Shown here: in pieces, positions 37,687 through 49,612 of the stretch
How positions within the stretch are numbered: the first letter of the stretch is position 1
How the letters are laid out: every line of letters starts with the position of its first letter
Source of the DNA: Lytechinus variegatus
Taxonomy: Eukaryota
NCBI RefSeq assembly: GCF_018143015.1
Contig: NC_054743.1
Span: forward strand, 35,339,243-35,403,242
Direction: 5' to 3'
Length of the DNA stretch: 64,000 bases
Notes under the pieces: model-generated
Seen by the model: only the letters and a program-made list of their open reading frames with translations
Told to the model about the DNA's origin: nothing
The model's database searches: none
Translations under genes and position numbers: made by a program

Positions 37687-39104
37687 CTGTAAGAACAAAC
37701 AATTTATGATATTTGAATTACATATTTTACGATATGCTAAAAAATAACATTTATGTATTTTTTACAATAATTGATTTGTTATTTACATGAAATTGTAGAT
37801 AAAAGCAATACTAGCCTTACTGTTATTGCGATGCTCCGCATGAATTAATTTTTACATAATTAATGCTTCATCATATTAATCTTAACTCTTGCATAATATG
37901 GTTGCCATATAAACGTATATTTGCGCTTGATAATAGTGGGTGTTGTGCTTTAGAAACTTTCAGTATCCCTTGTTAATTAAACTTTGCATCAGGTTGTTTA
38001 AAAGGACAAAACCTGAACCGAAAGAGAGAAAGCTGTATATAGTAAGTATAAATACATTTTTACTATCACTGATTATTACACACTGACATTCACTATAATT
38101 TGAGATATGAATGGCAAATGAATATTGTTCTAGTGTGACTGATGACGTTCAACTTATGACAGTATGAATCTAATGTTTGAAAGGTAAAATCTGTCTGCGT
38201 GTATATATATGATTCTAATATTACTGATTGTAATTACAAATAGTTATTCTACTTAAACCTGCTTATCTGCTAAGCTACAAATCTAATAACCTGCCGATTG
38301 GAATTCTGATGACTTATTGACTATCAATAAAGTTGTCAATACATATCTATATAGTGGAAACTCGTCATTTCTTTTATGACACAGCTTTGCAAACTACCAT
38401 GGTTTAAACTAGAGGCAGCCACACTTACTTTGATCTTCAGGGGGTGCGTAGTAGATTGTATTGCTGTGATATCCGTGGCCATCTCAACAGACACTGCCAG
38501 TGAGAACGAACTGGAAATAACAATAAAAACAATGAAAATTCATGCATCTTCATATTTGTATGAACAGAAAACACTCGAAAGAAAGAATGTACTACATATT
38601 AACCACCCATGGGGAAAGCTCTTTCTCACACAACTTTTGAGACCAAACTTGCAATCTCCAGGTAAATACTTCATGCATTTTAAACCTGCAAATCAGACCA
38701 TGTTTTTGTTATTACTTATTGAAGTATTTAATTGGATGCCTTTTTAAATTACAAAACCATTTCCACAAATTTTCTTAGCCCAAAACAATGAAAAGTAGTA
38801 ATTTTTCATTATAGATTTGCTAAGCAAAGCCAAGAAGAACATCTAGACCAGAATTTCAAGTTTAGAACAAAATTCTGATTTTATACATAAATCCTAAAAA
38901 TATTGGCATAATCAATATAGTCATAATGTTATTTTAACAAATTAAGTGCAATTTTCCTAGATAACGACATTTACATCGGCATTATCACCTGGTAGATGGC
39001 CAAGATCCAATAAGAGGGGGTCAGGCTTTCCAGCTTCCGAAGTATAAAATACACAGTCATGTTATCTGAAATATTTAAGAAAGCTGAAATAATAACTGAC
39101 TCAC

Positions 39105-39310
39105 ATCGATGACTGATCTTTGACCTTTAAAGTAGCAACGTCCTTCTGTAATACTTGAGAGATGGCAGCCTCCTTACGCCACGGTGCAACGGACCCAGGT
39201 AAACTGAAGGCAATCTTATCCCCCTCAACCGACAGCTCAATCACATAGGTAATCTTAATCACAACCTTGACCTTCGGAGGCAGATTGCCCACGCTCACAG
39301 TAAACACATC
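39105..39310 (-). CDS. PARP4: VIT-domain exon (DVFTVSVGNLPPKVKVVIKITYVIELSVEGDKIAFSLPGSVAPWRKEAAISQVLQKDVATLK...)
   Basis: Acceptor cacttcag|GAT. It matches human PARP4 DVFTVSVGNLPPKAKVLIKITYITELS...ATVAPW. The 3' end is ambiguous. The perfect donor GAT|gtgagt at 39105 gives phase 2, which does not join the next exon. A weak donor AAG|gtcaaa at 39123 would join in frame. Confidence 0.7.
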
Positions 39311-39359
39311 CTGAAGTGAAATAAAACAAAGTCCCCTGTGAGCATTTCATTTTGTATAC

Positions 39360-41300
39360 TTTGTCATGCTTCTTTCACAAGATGACTTGTGTAAAACATC
39401 ATGTAAAAGGCTGTGTAAAATGTAGATAAAATATTGTGTAAAAAAGTGGGTAAACATTGTGTAAAATAAGGAGTTGCCAATTTAAAGATTGAGTAATGAC
39501 TTGTGTAAAACAATATGTAAACCAGTGAGTAAAACACTGAATCACATATTGTGTACAACAGTGAGTAGAACATTGTGTACAGCAGTGTGTAAAATATTGG
39601 GTAAATACTGTGTAAAACTTTGTGTAAAACAATGAATAAAGCACTGTATAACAGTTGATAAATCACTGAGAAAAACATTGTGTAAACAGTGTGTAAAACA
39701 GTGTAAACGTAGTGATTAAAATTTGAATAAAACTGTGTGGTAAGAAGTGCGTAAAACATTACAGTTACGGTGTAAAATGAGGAATTGCCAATTTGAAGAT
39801 TGACTTTCTGGGGCTTCTTCATCCATCAGATAGGCTCCGTGCCTCTTACTGATTGCTCCCTTGCATTCCTCATGAGCTTGTTCTTCCTCCTTGTACGATG
39901 TGCTTGAAGTTGAAGACGACTTGTGTAAAATTTGTTAATTATTGTGTGAAAAATTTAATCAAAACAGTGGGTAAAACTTTCATGTGCAGAACAGTATAGG
40001 ATAAAAACGTTGTATAAAACGTCGTGCACAGCATTGGGTAAAATGAGGAATTGCCAAATTGAAGTTTGAGTAATACCTTGTGTAAAACAGTGTATAAATT
40101 GTGCATAAATCATCATATAAAAAGAGTGAGCAAAACTGTATGCAAAACATAGTGTAAAGCTGTGTGCAAATTATGTGAAACAGTGTGTGAAAATTAGGAA
40201 TTGCCAATTTAAAGACTGAGTAATGACTTGGGTAAAACAATGTATAAAACTGTGCATAAAGCATCATGTAAAAAATAGTGAGTATAACTGTGTGCAAAAC
40301 ATTGCATGAAACAGTGTGTAAAACATTGTGTAAAACATTTATGTGACAAAATGAGGAGATGCCAATTTGAAGATCGTTTCGGACTCACTGGTGCTTCTTC
40401 ATCCATGAGATAGGCTCCGTGTCCCTTACTGATGGCTTCCTTGTATTCCTTATGAGCCTGTTCTATGTGCTTTTATCCAATTTAGCCTCAAAACATTATT
40501 GTGTGTTATGAATTGTCAAATGAGTTGCCAATTTGAAGTTTGAGTAACGACTTGTGTACAATGTGTAAATCATTGTGCAAAAAAATGATAAAACAGTGGG
40601 TAAACCTTGCGTAAATCAGTGTAGGATAAAACTAGAATGTAAAACACAGCACTGAGTAAAATGAGGAATTGCCAATTTGAAGATTGATTAATGACTTGTG
40701 TAAAACTGTGTATATAACTGTGCATAAAGCATAATGTCAAAATAGTAAGTATAACTGTGTGCAAAACATTGCCTGAAACGGTGGGTAAAAGATTGAGTTA
40801 AACATGTGACACAATGAGATGCCAATTTGAAGATCGACTGACTGGTGCTTCATCATCCATCAGATAGGCTCTGTGCCTCTTACTGATTGCTCCCTTGTAT
40901 TCCTTATGAGCCTGTTCTTCCTCCTTATCTCTTATCTCCTATGAATGCCTCAAAACCTTGTTGTGTGTTATGAGTTGTCAAATGAATAGCCAAGTTGAAG
41001 TTTGAGTAACGACTTGTGTACAATGTGTAAATCATTGTGCAAAAAAATTATAAAACAGTGGGTAAAACCCTGTGTAAATCAGTGTAGGATAAAAACTAGA
41101 ATGTAAAACACAGCATTGAGTAAAATGAGGAATTGCCAATTTGAAGATTGAGTAATGACTTGTGTAAAACTGTGTATAAAAGTATATATAAAGCATCATG
41201 TCAAAAAACAGCAAGTAAAACTGTGTGCAAAACATTGTGAGAAAAATTGTGTAAAACAGTGTGACACAATGAGGAGATGCCAATTTGAAGATCGACTTAC
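39360..41300. repeat. higher-order tandem array (about 460-bp unit of three sub-repeats of about 150 bp, gccaatttgaag plus tgtgtaaaac-like motifs); one sub-repeat per unit is a copy of the 3' end of the VIT exon plus donor
   Basis: The exon-end copy cttcttcatccat(g/c)agatagg...ccttatgagcctgttc recurs at 39806, 40388, 40843 and, in the real exon, 41297. Confidence 0.8.
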
Positions 41301-41519
41301 TGGTGCTTCTTCATCCATGAGATATGCTCCATGCCCCTTACTGATTGCTTCCTTGTATTCCTTATGAGCCTGTTCTTTCTCCTTGACCGTACCCACTATG
41401 TGCTTGTCTCCTATGAATGCCTCGAACCCACACACGGCGGCACTGTCTTCCAGGGGGAATACATACTTGGCTTCGATGGACTCCCGGTTCACGTTGTCAT
41501 ACTCCTGGAAGATGACGAC
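41301..41519 (-). CDS. PARP4: VIT-domain exon (VVIFQEYDNVNRESIEAKYVFPLEDSAAVCGFEAFIGDKHIVGTVKEKEQAHKEYKEAISKGHGAYLMDEEAP)
   Basis: Acceptor tacctctag| and donor CCA|gtaagt, 219 nt, phase 0 to 0. It nearly matches human PARP4 AKYIFPLDDKAAVCGFEAFINGKHIVGEIKEKEEAQQEYLEAVTQGHGAYLM. Confidence 0.85.
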
Positions 41520-42646
41520 CTAGAGGTACAATGGATGAGAGATAAATTGAAATTTACACCTGAATTACACCCCTAATATAAATGATAATAATAGTAATGA
41601 CGGCAATGTCAATTCAAAGAAATAAATGAATGAATGAACACATAAATAAATATATAAATAATTGAATAAAGAAATATGTAAATGAATAAATAAAGTAATT
41701 GACAATGAAATAAACAAATAGATACATAAATAAATGAAAAACAAAATGGTACATCGTACACATGTAAAGTCCCAAATATCACCATTGAAAAGACCTGTAG
41801 AGATAACGAGATATCTACATATTTTCTGTTTCTGTTTGTGGCAAATCTTGTCGGAACTCGGCAGGACAGCATTCATCAAATAAAATTTACTGCTTCGACA
41901 AGATCAGGATAGAAAACAAGATAAATATAAATTCTCTTAAGGAATTCCAAATCAAGCATCGTATTGACTGCAAGTAACAACAGAGACAAGACTAGTAAAG
42001 GTAACTCTTCCTAAGTCAAATATTTTCAGGAAAACAGAAATCTGTTTGATTTAGGAGAAATTCAACTTAGAAGAGGTATATAACATATATTTTGAACGAT
42101 CTGGTCTAAAAAAAAATTGCTTCGAGTTTTTTAATCAGCAATTATTCCACTTATGGAAGGTCCACTGAAGCAGAGCAACCTTTATATGAGACTATGCACA
42201 GTTCCGGAATAAAGTAACAGACCCAAACTTTTTAGTATTTCTTTTTCTTGTCATACAATATTTCCAATACAAGGTTTTTAAGAACGAACTATATCTTTCC
42301 AATTGAAATAACATAGATTTGACTTTCCTAAACATACCTACGAAGAGTTATGATCAATCCAATCAATCGCAACTCTATGGAAATCCATCAGTGTCATGAT
42401 TATTCTACAGGAAATTTGTAAAATGTCCTTTGTAAACAAAGGAAAACACACCAATTAGTTAAGAAATCAATGAATGTATGGGAATACATTCATATCTCGA
42501 AAAAATTTGAACAAACATGCATTTTATATGTTGACTTTGCTTGCTTACCATGGCTGTGATTGATCGGATCAATCGCAACTCTTTGTAAGACGAGCCCAGA
42601 ACTTTCCTAAACTTTACCTAGAACTGTAAAACTTTTGAAATCTTAC

Positions 42647-42777
42647 CTGGGCTGCTAGGTCCATCATCTTTGCTCGGACGCATACGTTCTTGAGAGGAAT
42701 AGGCTTGCTGGATGTACTTTGTAAACCACTTACAACCTTATCATTAGGGTTAGGGACTGCCAGTACATCTTTCATTT
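42647..42777 (-). CDS. PARP4: PARP4-like exon, linker plus VIT-domain start (EMKDVLAVPNPNDKVVSGLQSTSSKPIPLKNVCVRAKMMDLAAQ)
   Basis: Acceptor ctccttgtag| and donor CAG|gtaaga, phase 1 to 0. It leads straight into the VIT exon and has a VIT-like start (L.sv.V.a.I.g.~a.v). Confidence 0.7.
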
Positions 42778-43327
42778 CTACAAGGAGAAACAATAACAAA
42801 TAAAATACACAAAATGAAACAATAAAATGATTATAAACATATATTTTAATATTAACATAGTCATTTTCCAGTTAGAAAATTAAACATGCTCAAAGCATTT
42901 TACAATAAAAAAAAGAAGAGGGGCCCATTGTAGATAGAGTTGCAATCAATCGTAACTCTAAAAATCAAGCGCAACTTTATTTTCAGCCAATCAACAGCGC
43001 GCATTTGGGACTTGCAATTGATTTTTTGACTTGCGTTTAAACACAACTCTTTCTGCAACGGACCCCTGTTCTACTCTTCAAGTGATTACTGAAGGACATG
43101 AACGGATGTTGCTGGAAAGACTATTCCAAATACTCCGACAAGTGAAAATTATCCATCCTTGACTTTTTTTTGAAGTTCATTTTTAACACACAACCTGTCC
43201 GGACACACAACAACTGGGTATACAACTGATTAAGAATATTGATTTCATTGATAATCATTACAATCAATAACATAATCAATCTTCAGGATCTGTGAAACAG
43301 GGCCCAGATTGAATGAGATGCACTCAC

Positions 43328-43496
43328 CAACAGGTGGAGGTATTGGTTGCTCTTTGGTGTCATCCGTTTCCATGGGAACAGTTGGAAGATCGGGGATGAA
43401 CGATGAAGGAGTGTCAGTCTGATCCTCGGGCAGAGTGAACTCAACCAAGTATCTCAATCGTTGTTGGTTCACATTGTAGATGGTAAACTCGTTAGC
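43328..43496 (-). CDS. PARP4: PARP catalytic C-terminus exon (ANEFTIYNVNQQRLRYLVEFTLPEDQTDTPSSFIPDLPTVPMETDDTKEQPIPPPV)
   Basis: Acceptor tctctaaag| and donor TTG|gtgagt, phase 0 to 1. It matches the PARP1 C-terminus [22 protein letters not shown] and human PARP4 SEYLIYQESQCRLRYLLEVHL. Confidence 0.75.
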
Positions 43497-43697
43497 CTTT
43501 AGAGATATGCAAATCAGTGTTCACGGATTCATTGGAGTTGGTTTCATGCATAACATTTCAATATCATGAGCCAAATTAAAAATCTGAGTCAGTTAAAGAA
43601 TTCAATGAAATTGGCTTTAAATCCAACACTGACATTTTACAAATCCAATTGAAAATTCACATAAAGTTCTTGATCCTACCCTCAAAATACATTGCTC

Positions 43698-43990
43698 TTA
43701 AAGGGGAAGTTCACCCTGAAGAAAACTTTGTTGCAAAAATAGCAGAAAAAATACTAGTGAAGGTTTGAGGAAAATCCGTTAAAGAGTAAGAAAGTTATTA
43801 GAGTTCAAAGTTTTGCATTTGTGACGTCATAAACGAGCAGCTGCCCCATGTGTTATGTAATATAAAATGCATGAATTTCAAATTTTGCATGGTTCCTGAT
43901 GACTTAATTTTCTTTTCTATTCATGATCGGGTGTGACATGATTTGTCTATTGATATTTGTCAGGGTGAACTTCCCCTTTAATGGAAACAT
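43698..43990. mobile_element. MITE family B copy
   Basis: ttaaaggggaagttcaccctgaag ... cagggtgaacttcccctttaa. Confidence 0.75.
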
Positions 43991-45039
43991 TTTTAAAAAT
44001 GGACCATTTAGTCTATCTCGATGCCCTTATTTTGTTATTCCATTTAAGTCGTCAAAGGACAGCATCCCCCAAATGTTTGGAAGTCATTACCATATAACTC
44101 CAAAGAATGTTCTTCAATCTGATTGGTCCAAATCAGATCACATGATATTTAGTAGATGGCTCTGTAGCATCCACTCACATTGGAGTGCAGATCTTGCACT
44201 CTGCCAAATGCAATATTAGACAAACTGATTGTAAATATTGGATGAGACCAAATGGGGTTTAGATAAAGTGGATGTAGTGTTGTGTTGGGGTTGGATCGAT
44301 TGCACTTTAACTTTCAACCAGACTTAAGATGAGACGAAGCAATACAAAGCCTATACAGTTCATATATACATTTATTGAAGATGATAACTAAGGTGATGAT
44401 GATGACAAATAATACAGGAACATGAGTAAGTCTGATGGTGACTATACTCTCTAAACTCCAATCTCTAATCTATCTGTACGCTGGAACAATCTGTAAAGTA
44501 ATCTGCAATCTGTAATAATCTCTAACCAATCTCTAACAATCTGTATTAATCTATAACCAATCTGCATTCTCTGAAGTAATCTGATTTTGGTTCAGATGTG
44601 AACCCCTTTTATATTGGTCTGGTCTAGACTCTTTACGATCAAACAGGTGTTGGTCAACCTTGGACGTTTGACCAAAACAATCTGTACGTCATAACTTTAC
44701 TCTGAATTGGGGGAGTTGACCTTTTAGGGAGAACATGAAATGTAGTGAATAAGAAAGCCATAAAATGTGTGTGCATCAGAAGTTTAGCTGGAAGAAGAAT
44801 GAGTAACACTTTCAAATGAAAGTTGGAGCTGGTATACTTCCTGTAGAAATATTGATTAAGTATTGATTATGTATAGATATAATATTGAATATGTGAGATA
44901 TGTCTCATCATCACATAACAGTAGACCAATCTGCAATTTATCATAATTTATTCCTTGAAATGCCTCATCAGCAGCCACTGATAAAACAGTTTTTGTATAG
45001 AGCATTATGATTATAACTTCTCTATATGCTTCCAAAGGA

Positions 45040-45185
45040 CTTCAATATTACTACCCCAGCTTTAGCTTGGTGGCTGTCATTATTTACAGCTTACTCGCAT
45101 TTCAAGGAATTATTTCCTGCCAGGTACCCATTCGCCTCACCTGGGTTGAGTGCAGCACAATGTGAACAATTTCTCATGTGGAGCA
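45040..45185 (-). mobile_element. SINE family 1, partial copy
   Basis: It holds the core ggtacccattcgcctcacctgggttgagtgcagcaca. Confidence 0.6.
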
Positions 45186-45258
45186 ACTAGAATGTCCTAC
45201 ATGTACTTGACAGATTATATTCCCCTTTACAATTATTATTATTATTATTAATACTTAC

Positions 45259-45445
45259 ACTAAAATCGGAAGCTATCTGTCCAGCTACGGCTCCTAAACC
45301 CTTGACACTATCAAAGCCACTTGGAGGTTGGTCGAGGTCTGGGTGATATTTAGTGACTTCATGGCATCTGCCTAAGGACACCTCACATATCATCAGAAAC
45401 CGACTATTACTCAGTTTGCTTTGGACAGAGTAACATGCGCTGGTG
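45259..45445 (-). CDS. PARP4: PARP catalytic-domain exon (STSACYSVQSKLSNSRFLMICEVSLGRCHEVTKYHPDLDQPPSGFDSVKGLGAVAGQIASDFS)
   Basis: Acceptor ctcttctttttaacag| and donor AGT|gtaagt, phase 2 to 0. It matches PARP1 LLLGEVALGNMYEL...PKGKHSVKGLGKTTPDPS and human PARP4 LLLICDVALGKCMDLHEKDFSL..PPGYDSVHGVS. Confidence 0.8.
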
Positions 45446-45449
45446 CTGT

Positions 45450-45810
45450 TAAAAAGAAGAGATACATGTATGTGGTCGGTTAGATTAGAGATTTATTAAC
45501 ATCTGGTTTGAAATTGGTTAAGATCTGGCTGATATTCAAGGACCTAATGACATCTGCCCAAGGATTCCTCACATATCATCAGAAACCAACTATTACTCAA
45601 ATTGCTTTGGACAGAGTAACATACACTGATGCTAAAACAAGAGAGATATAAGATTAGTTAAGATCAGGTAAGAGGTTGGTTTTGATCTTGGTTATATTCC
45701 ATGACCTTATGATATCTGCCTAAAGAAGCCTCACATATCATCAGAAAACAACCATTACTCAAGGTGTTCTGGACAGAGCAACATGCATTGGTGCTAAATT
45801 AAGAGATACA
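45450..45810. repeat. two degenerate tandem copies (about 180 bp each) of the 5' half of catalytic exon 45259-45445 plus its upstream intron
   Basis: The copies read SNLSNSWFLMICEESLGRCH... with stop codons. Confidence 0.75.
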
Positions 45811-46003
45811 TTACAAGCTTAATAGAAAGATGTCTGTTAATAGTACTAATCAATATCAAATTGTTACTAACACACATGGACACAAAAATGAAAACAAGAA
45901 CCATATTAAACGCCTGAGAACTCCTCTCATTTGTGCCAAAACACATTGAATGGTCCAATATTTTATTTTACACGAAAGTAACATCAACTTAAATATGCCT
46001 TAC

Positions 46004-46102
46004 CTGGCACTATCAGCAAAGTAGATTCCATGTCCCAGCATGCCAGCGTCTGTCCGGCTGACACCTAAATCATCAACCACTATCTTAGGCATCAGCAACC
46101 CT
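46004..46102 (-). CDS. PARP4: PARP catalytic-domain exon (GLLMPKIVVDDLGVSRTDAGMLGHGIYFADSA)
   Basis: Acceptor caattttcag| and donor CCAG|gtaagg, phase 2 to 2. It matches the PARP1 motif [27 protein letters not shown] and human PARP4 GLLLPKVVEDRGVQRTDVGNLGSGIYFSDS. Confidence 0.8.
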
Positions 46103-47562
46103 CTGAAAATTGAACAGAATACAATCAAATAGAACATTACTTGATAACATTAAAATTAGTGAATAATTATTTCATTTCATTTATTTTCATATTTCTCATT
46201 GACATTTGATTGACAATAAAAATGAAACAGCAACAATTACACATAATCATAAAATCATAAACAACTGAGAACTATACAATAACATAATATAAAGATACTA
46301 TCAGTCGAGCTATAAAGAAAAAGCTTAATTTAAGTCAAAGAAATATGATGGGACCTACATTAAAGCAAGCTTGAAAAAATTATGACAAGATTACCAAACA
46401 TAGATATCAATGACATCAAAGCTTTAGGAATTAGACTCTAGTATCATCCAATATTCCAATCTTACAAATGACGAGTGGCCCACCGTAGAATTTTCTTCTT
46501 TCTGCAGCTGATTCTCTATGAAAAACTTGAATTTTCAATCCCTCTTTATATTATTTCCCTCTCTCAGAAATGTTTATCTATTTTTTTTTAAAAGGACCAT
46601 TTGAACACTCATCTTATAAAAATTAAGTTTTATAGTTAAGTAAATTATGTGGAATGTTATAGAAACAGTGGATAGAAGAAGAGAAGAAATGGATAGGCGA
46701 GAAAGTGGAGATTTGAGAGTAAAGTATTCTTTCTTGAAAGTAGTCCTGAAAAGGACTGTAAACTGCTTGAGTCGGCGAGTAGAGATGATGAGTAGTAGAG
46801 AGACGGACAGGTTGACTGTCTGTCTTCACTCCTGAAGATGGACAGTCAACCTGTCCGAAACGTCGAGTCTCTCTACTCGCCAACTCAAGCAGTTTACAGT
46901 CCTTTTCAGGACTACTTTCAAGAAAGAATACTTCACCAAATCTGGCCAGGATCCTAACCCACAATGCATCACTAAGCAGTGTAGTCTTGAAATAAAAATG
47001 CTCACTTGAATTCATACCCTAATAACCATATAACCATGAAGCTACATGTAAGTGAAGTACTTTTCCTCTAAAAAACCGTTTTTTTTCTATAGTCTCTCTC
47101 TATTTCTCTAAACAAATAAAAACCATGCACTAATCTACTCCCGATTTTATTCATAGTTGTCTCATAAGGTAAATTTAAAGACTAGCTATTTATAACACAC
47201 AGTTAATAGAGTACTGAAGTGTGGTGTCATCAATTTTCTCTATGTTGCTTTTCAATTTCAGCATTTTTTATACCATATTTCAGTGATGCATGATGAAAAA
47301 CCTCCACAGTCCAAATCTGGTGGGAATCGGTCCATGGGGGCCATAAGATATGACATGATGAATACATAATTAACCCCACTGGAGTAAATGTATTATTGGC
47401 CTGGTTTTAAATGTAATCATGAAGTCATATCTTGGGGGCCCCCATGGACTGATTACCAAATGCAAAAAAAAAATGTTTTTTTTTCGTCCTCACTTCAGTA
47501 CTCTAAAGACTACAAAAGGCATTGGTCAGTTGCTCCCCATTCGAACCTTTAATCATATTTAC

Positions 47563-47700
47563 CTTGAAAGGATACCTAAGAAGTTGGATGGCTTGGAGGA
47601 ATGGAACAAAAGCTTCTTGTTGCCAAGGTGATGAGCAAAGTTGGAACTTTCTACAAATCGTTCAACGGCAAAGATCCTTTTCACCTCGATGGAATTGCCC
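47563..47700 (-). CDS. PARP4: PARP catalytic-domain exon (GNSIEVKRIFAVERFVESSNFAHHLGNKKLLFHSSKPSNFLGILSR)
   Basis: Acceptor ttttttcttttaaag| and donor CAAG|gtaaat, phase 2 to 2. It carries the PARP signature (PARP1 LEVIDIFKIEREGECQRY...[23 protein letters not shown]; the H-G-S part of the catalytic triad appears here as F-H-S-S). Confidence 0.75.
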
Positions 47701-48349
47701 CTTTAAAAGAAAAAATAATAAAATGGAAATGCACATAGCAATAATGATATTGATATCAATATCAATGGAAGATGAGATTTATATTGCAAATTTTCCATCT
47801 TAGTAAGATGGTTTATGTAATTCAGTGAAAACTAACAACACAAACATTCCTCAAAATGTTATGAAGTGCCCAGCAGGCAGCTACTCTAATTTACTGCAGC
47901 CGTGGTAATAATATGCAGGGCTTAGTAACACTTGTACATGTAGCAAGCTCTATATAAATGCTGCATATCATTATTAATATCATTATTGTCATTATCATTA
48001 CCAATTTACCATTATCGATATAATTATTATTATTATCATTACAATCATTATATCACAATTAAAGGCCTGCCAACATTTGGAAATAAAAAAAGGGGTCATA
48101 ATCGTGCAGCACAAATTTTTCTGCTCAATGTCAGATGTGTCTCCCTCACTTTTTTAAAATTAAGACATGTTAAGCATTCTAATATTCAAACATTTGAGAA
48201 AATACAAGTGTTGAAAAACTATACTACTCTTACACCCATATCCCGCCAAACACATACATATATGAGCTGATTTATTTTTCATCTACGATAAATGGAAAAA
48301 CGGAATGCTCCTCTTTTGGTTGATAAAAAATCTGAAAAATGGGGTAATA

Positions 48350-48625
48350 ATAATAATAATAGGCATTTATATAGCGCCATCTATTAATATTCTATTCCGA
48401 GGCGCATTTATTATTAGTATTACCCCGGCTTAAGCTCGAGCTGCCTTTGAGCGCTCAGTGCATTCAATGAATTAATCCTGCTGGGTACCCATTCACCTCA
48501 CCTGGGTCGAGTGCAGCACAACATGGATAAGGAAATAACGCCATGGCTGGGATTCAAACCATGACCCTCTGTTTCAGAGTCAGAAGACTAATCCACTGGG
48601 CCACATTGCTCCACACATCAAACAC
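48350..48625 (-). mobile_element. SINE family 1 copy
   Basis: Reverse complement of the head ggcccagtggattagtcttctgactctgaaacagagggtcatggtttgaatcccagccatggcg plus the core. It abuts the exon donor at 48621. Confidence 0.75.
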
Positions 48626-48781
48626 CTTACCCCGTCAAGCTGTCTTGGATCTGTTTTGAAATCTGCTCATACTCTGCCGATTCTGATGTTAGGAGTTCCA
48701 TATGACAGCGGAGAGTACGATACTTGGCCTCTGTACTCCCTCGCATAGACCAATCAGTGGCCTCACAGACGCTGTGCACAT
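48621..48781 (-). CDS. PARP4: PARP4-like exon, helical to catalytic junction (LLSDVHSVCEATDWSMRGSTEAKYRTLRCHMELLTSESAEYEQISKQIQDSLTG)
   Basis: Acceptor tgtgtttttcag| and donor GGG|gtaagg, 161 nt, phase 0 to 2. It resembles human PARP4 LAKYRALRCKIEHVEQNTEEFLRVRKEVLQ. Confidence 0.75.
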
Positions 48782-49110
48782 CACTAAGCAACTGAAAACA
48801 CAGTAAAAAACATTAGACTTCTCTGTCACTGTAACATCAAATACTATCCGGAAATGACTTCTTTACGACAAATTCATCATTATGCCCAGTTGTTATAAAA
48901 TTTGCTGGACAAGTTAATTTCTAGACAAGCTTCAGATGCTGTGAACATCGCTAAGCAACTGAAAACACAGTAAACAACATGGCATTTCTCAGTCATTGCA
49001 CCATCAAATGATTTTTTTTCCAGTTAAAACTTGAAAACAGTAGTGCTTATTTTGTTGAAATCGGATTTGACTATGGTGATTTTGATAATAAAATTAAGAA
49101 ACTTAACTAA

Positions 49111-49612
49111 TTAAAGGGGAAGTTCACCCTGAAGAAAACTTTGTTGTAAAAATAGCAGAAAAAATAGTAAAAAATATTGGTGAAGTTTTGAGGAAAATCC
49201 GTTGAAGAGTAAAAAAGTTATTAGAGTTCAAAGTTTTGGATTTGTGACGTCATAAACGAGCAGCTGCCCCATGTGTTATGTAATATAAAATGCATGAATT
49301 TCAAATTTTTTATGGTTCCTGATGACTTAATTTTGTTTTCTATTCATGATCGGGTGTGAAATGATTTGTATATTAGATACAGTGAAAACCATTTTCAATT
49401 TTCTGAGAAAATGACATTTCATTGAATTTTTACCATTCGCTATGTAGGAATGCTGCTCGCATATGACGTCACAAATCAAATAATTGAAATTCTAATAACT
49501 TTTTAATTATTTGATGGATTTTTCTCAAACCTTCGGCAATATTTATTGTTATTTTTTCTGCTATTTTTACAATAAACTTTTTGTCAGGGTGAACTTCCCC
49601 TTTAATCACTTG
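49111..49612. mobile_element. MITE family B copy (about 500 bp)
   Basis: Perfect TIRs with ttaa at both ends. Confidence 0.75.

Noticed and set aside
39364-41283. Several minus-strand ORFs rich in Y/F/T/C (for example 39364..39822 and 39980..40297)
   Set aside because: They are produced by the tgtgtaaaac-type minisatellite units of the higher-order array and are not coding.
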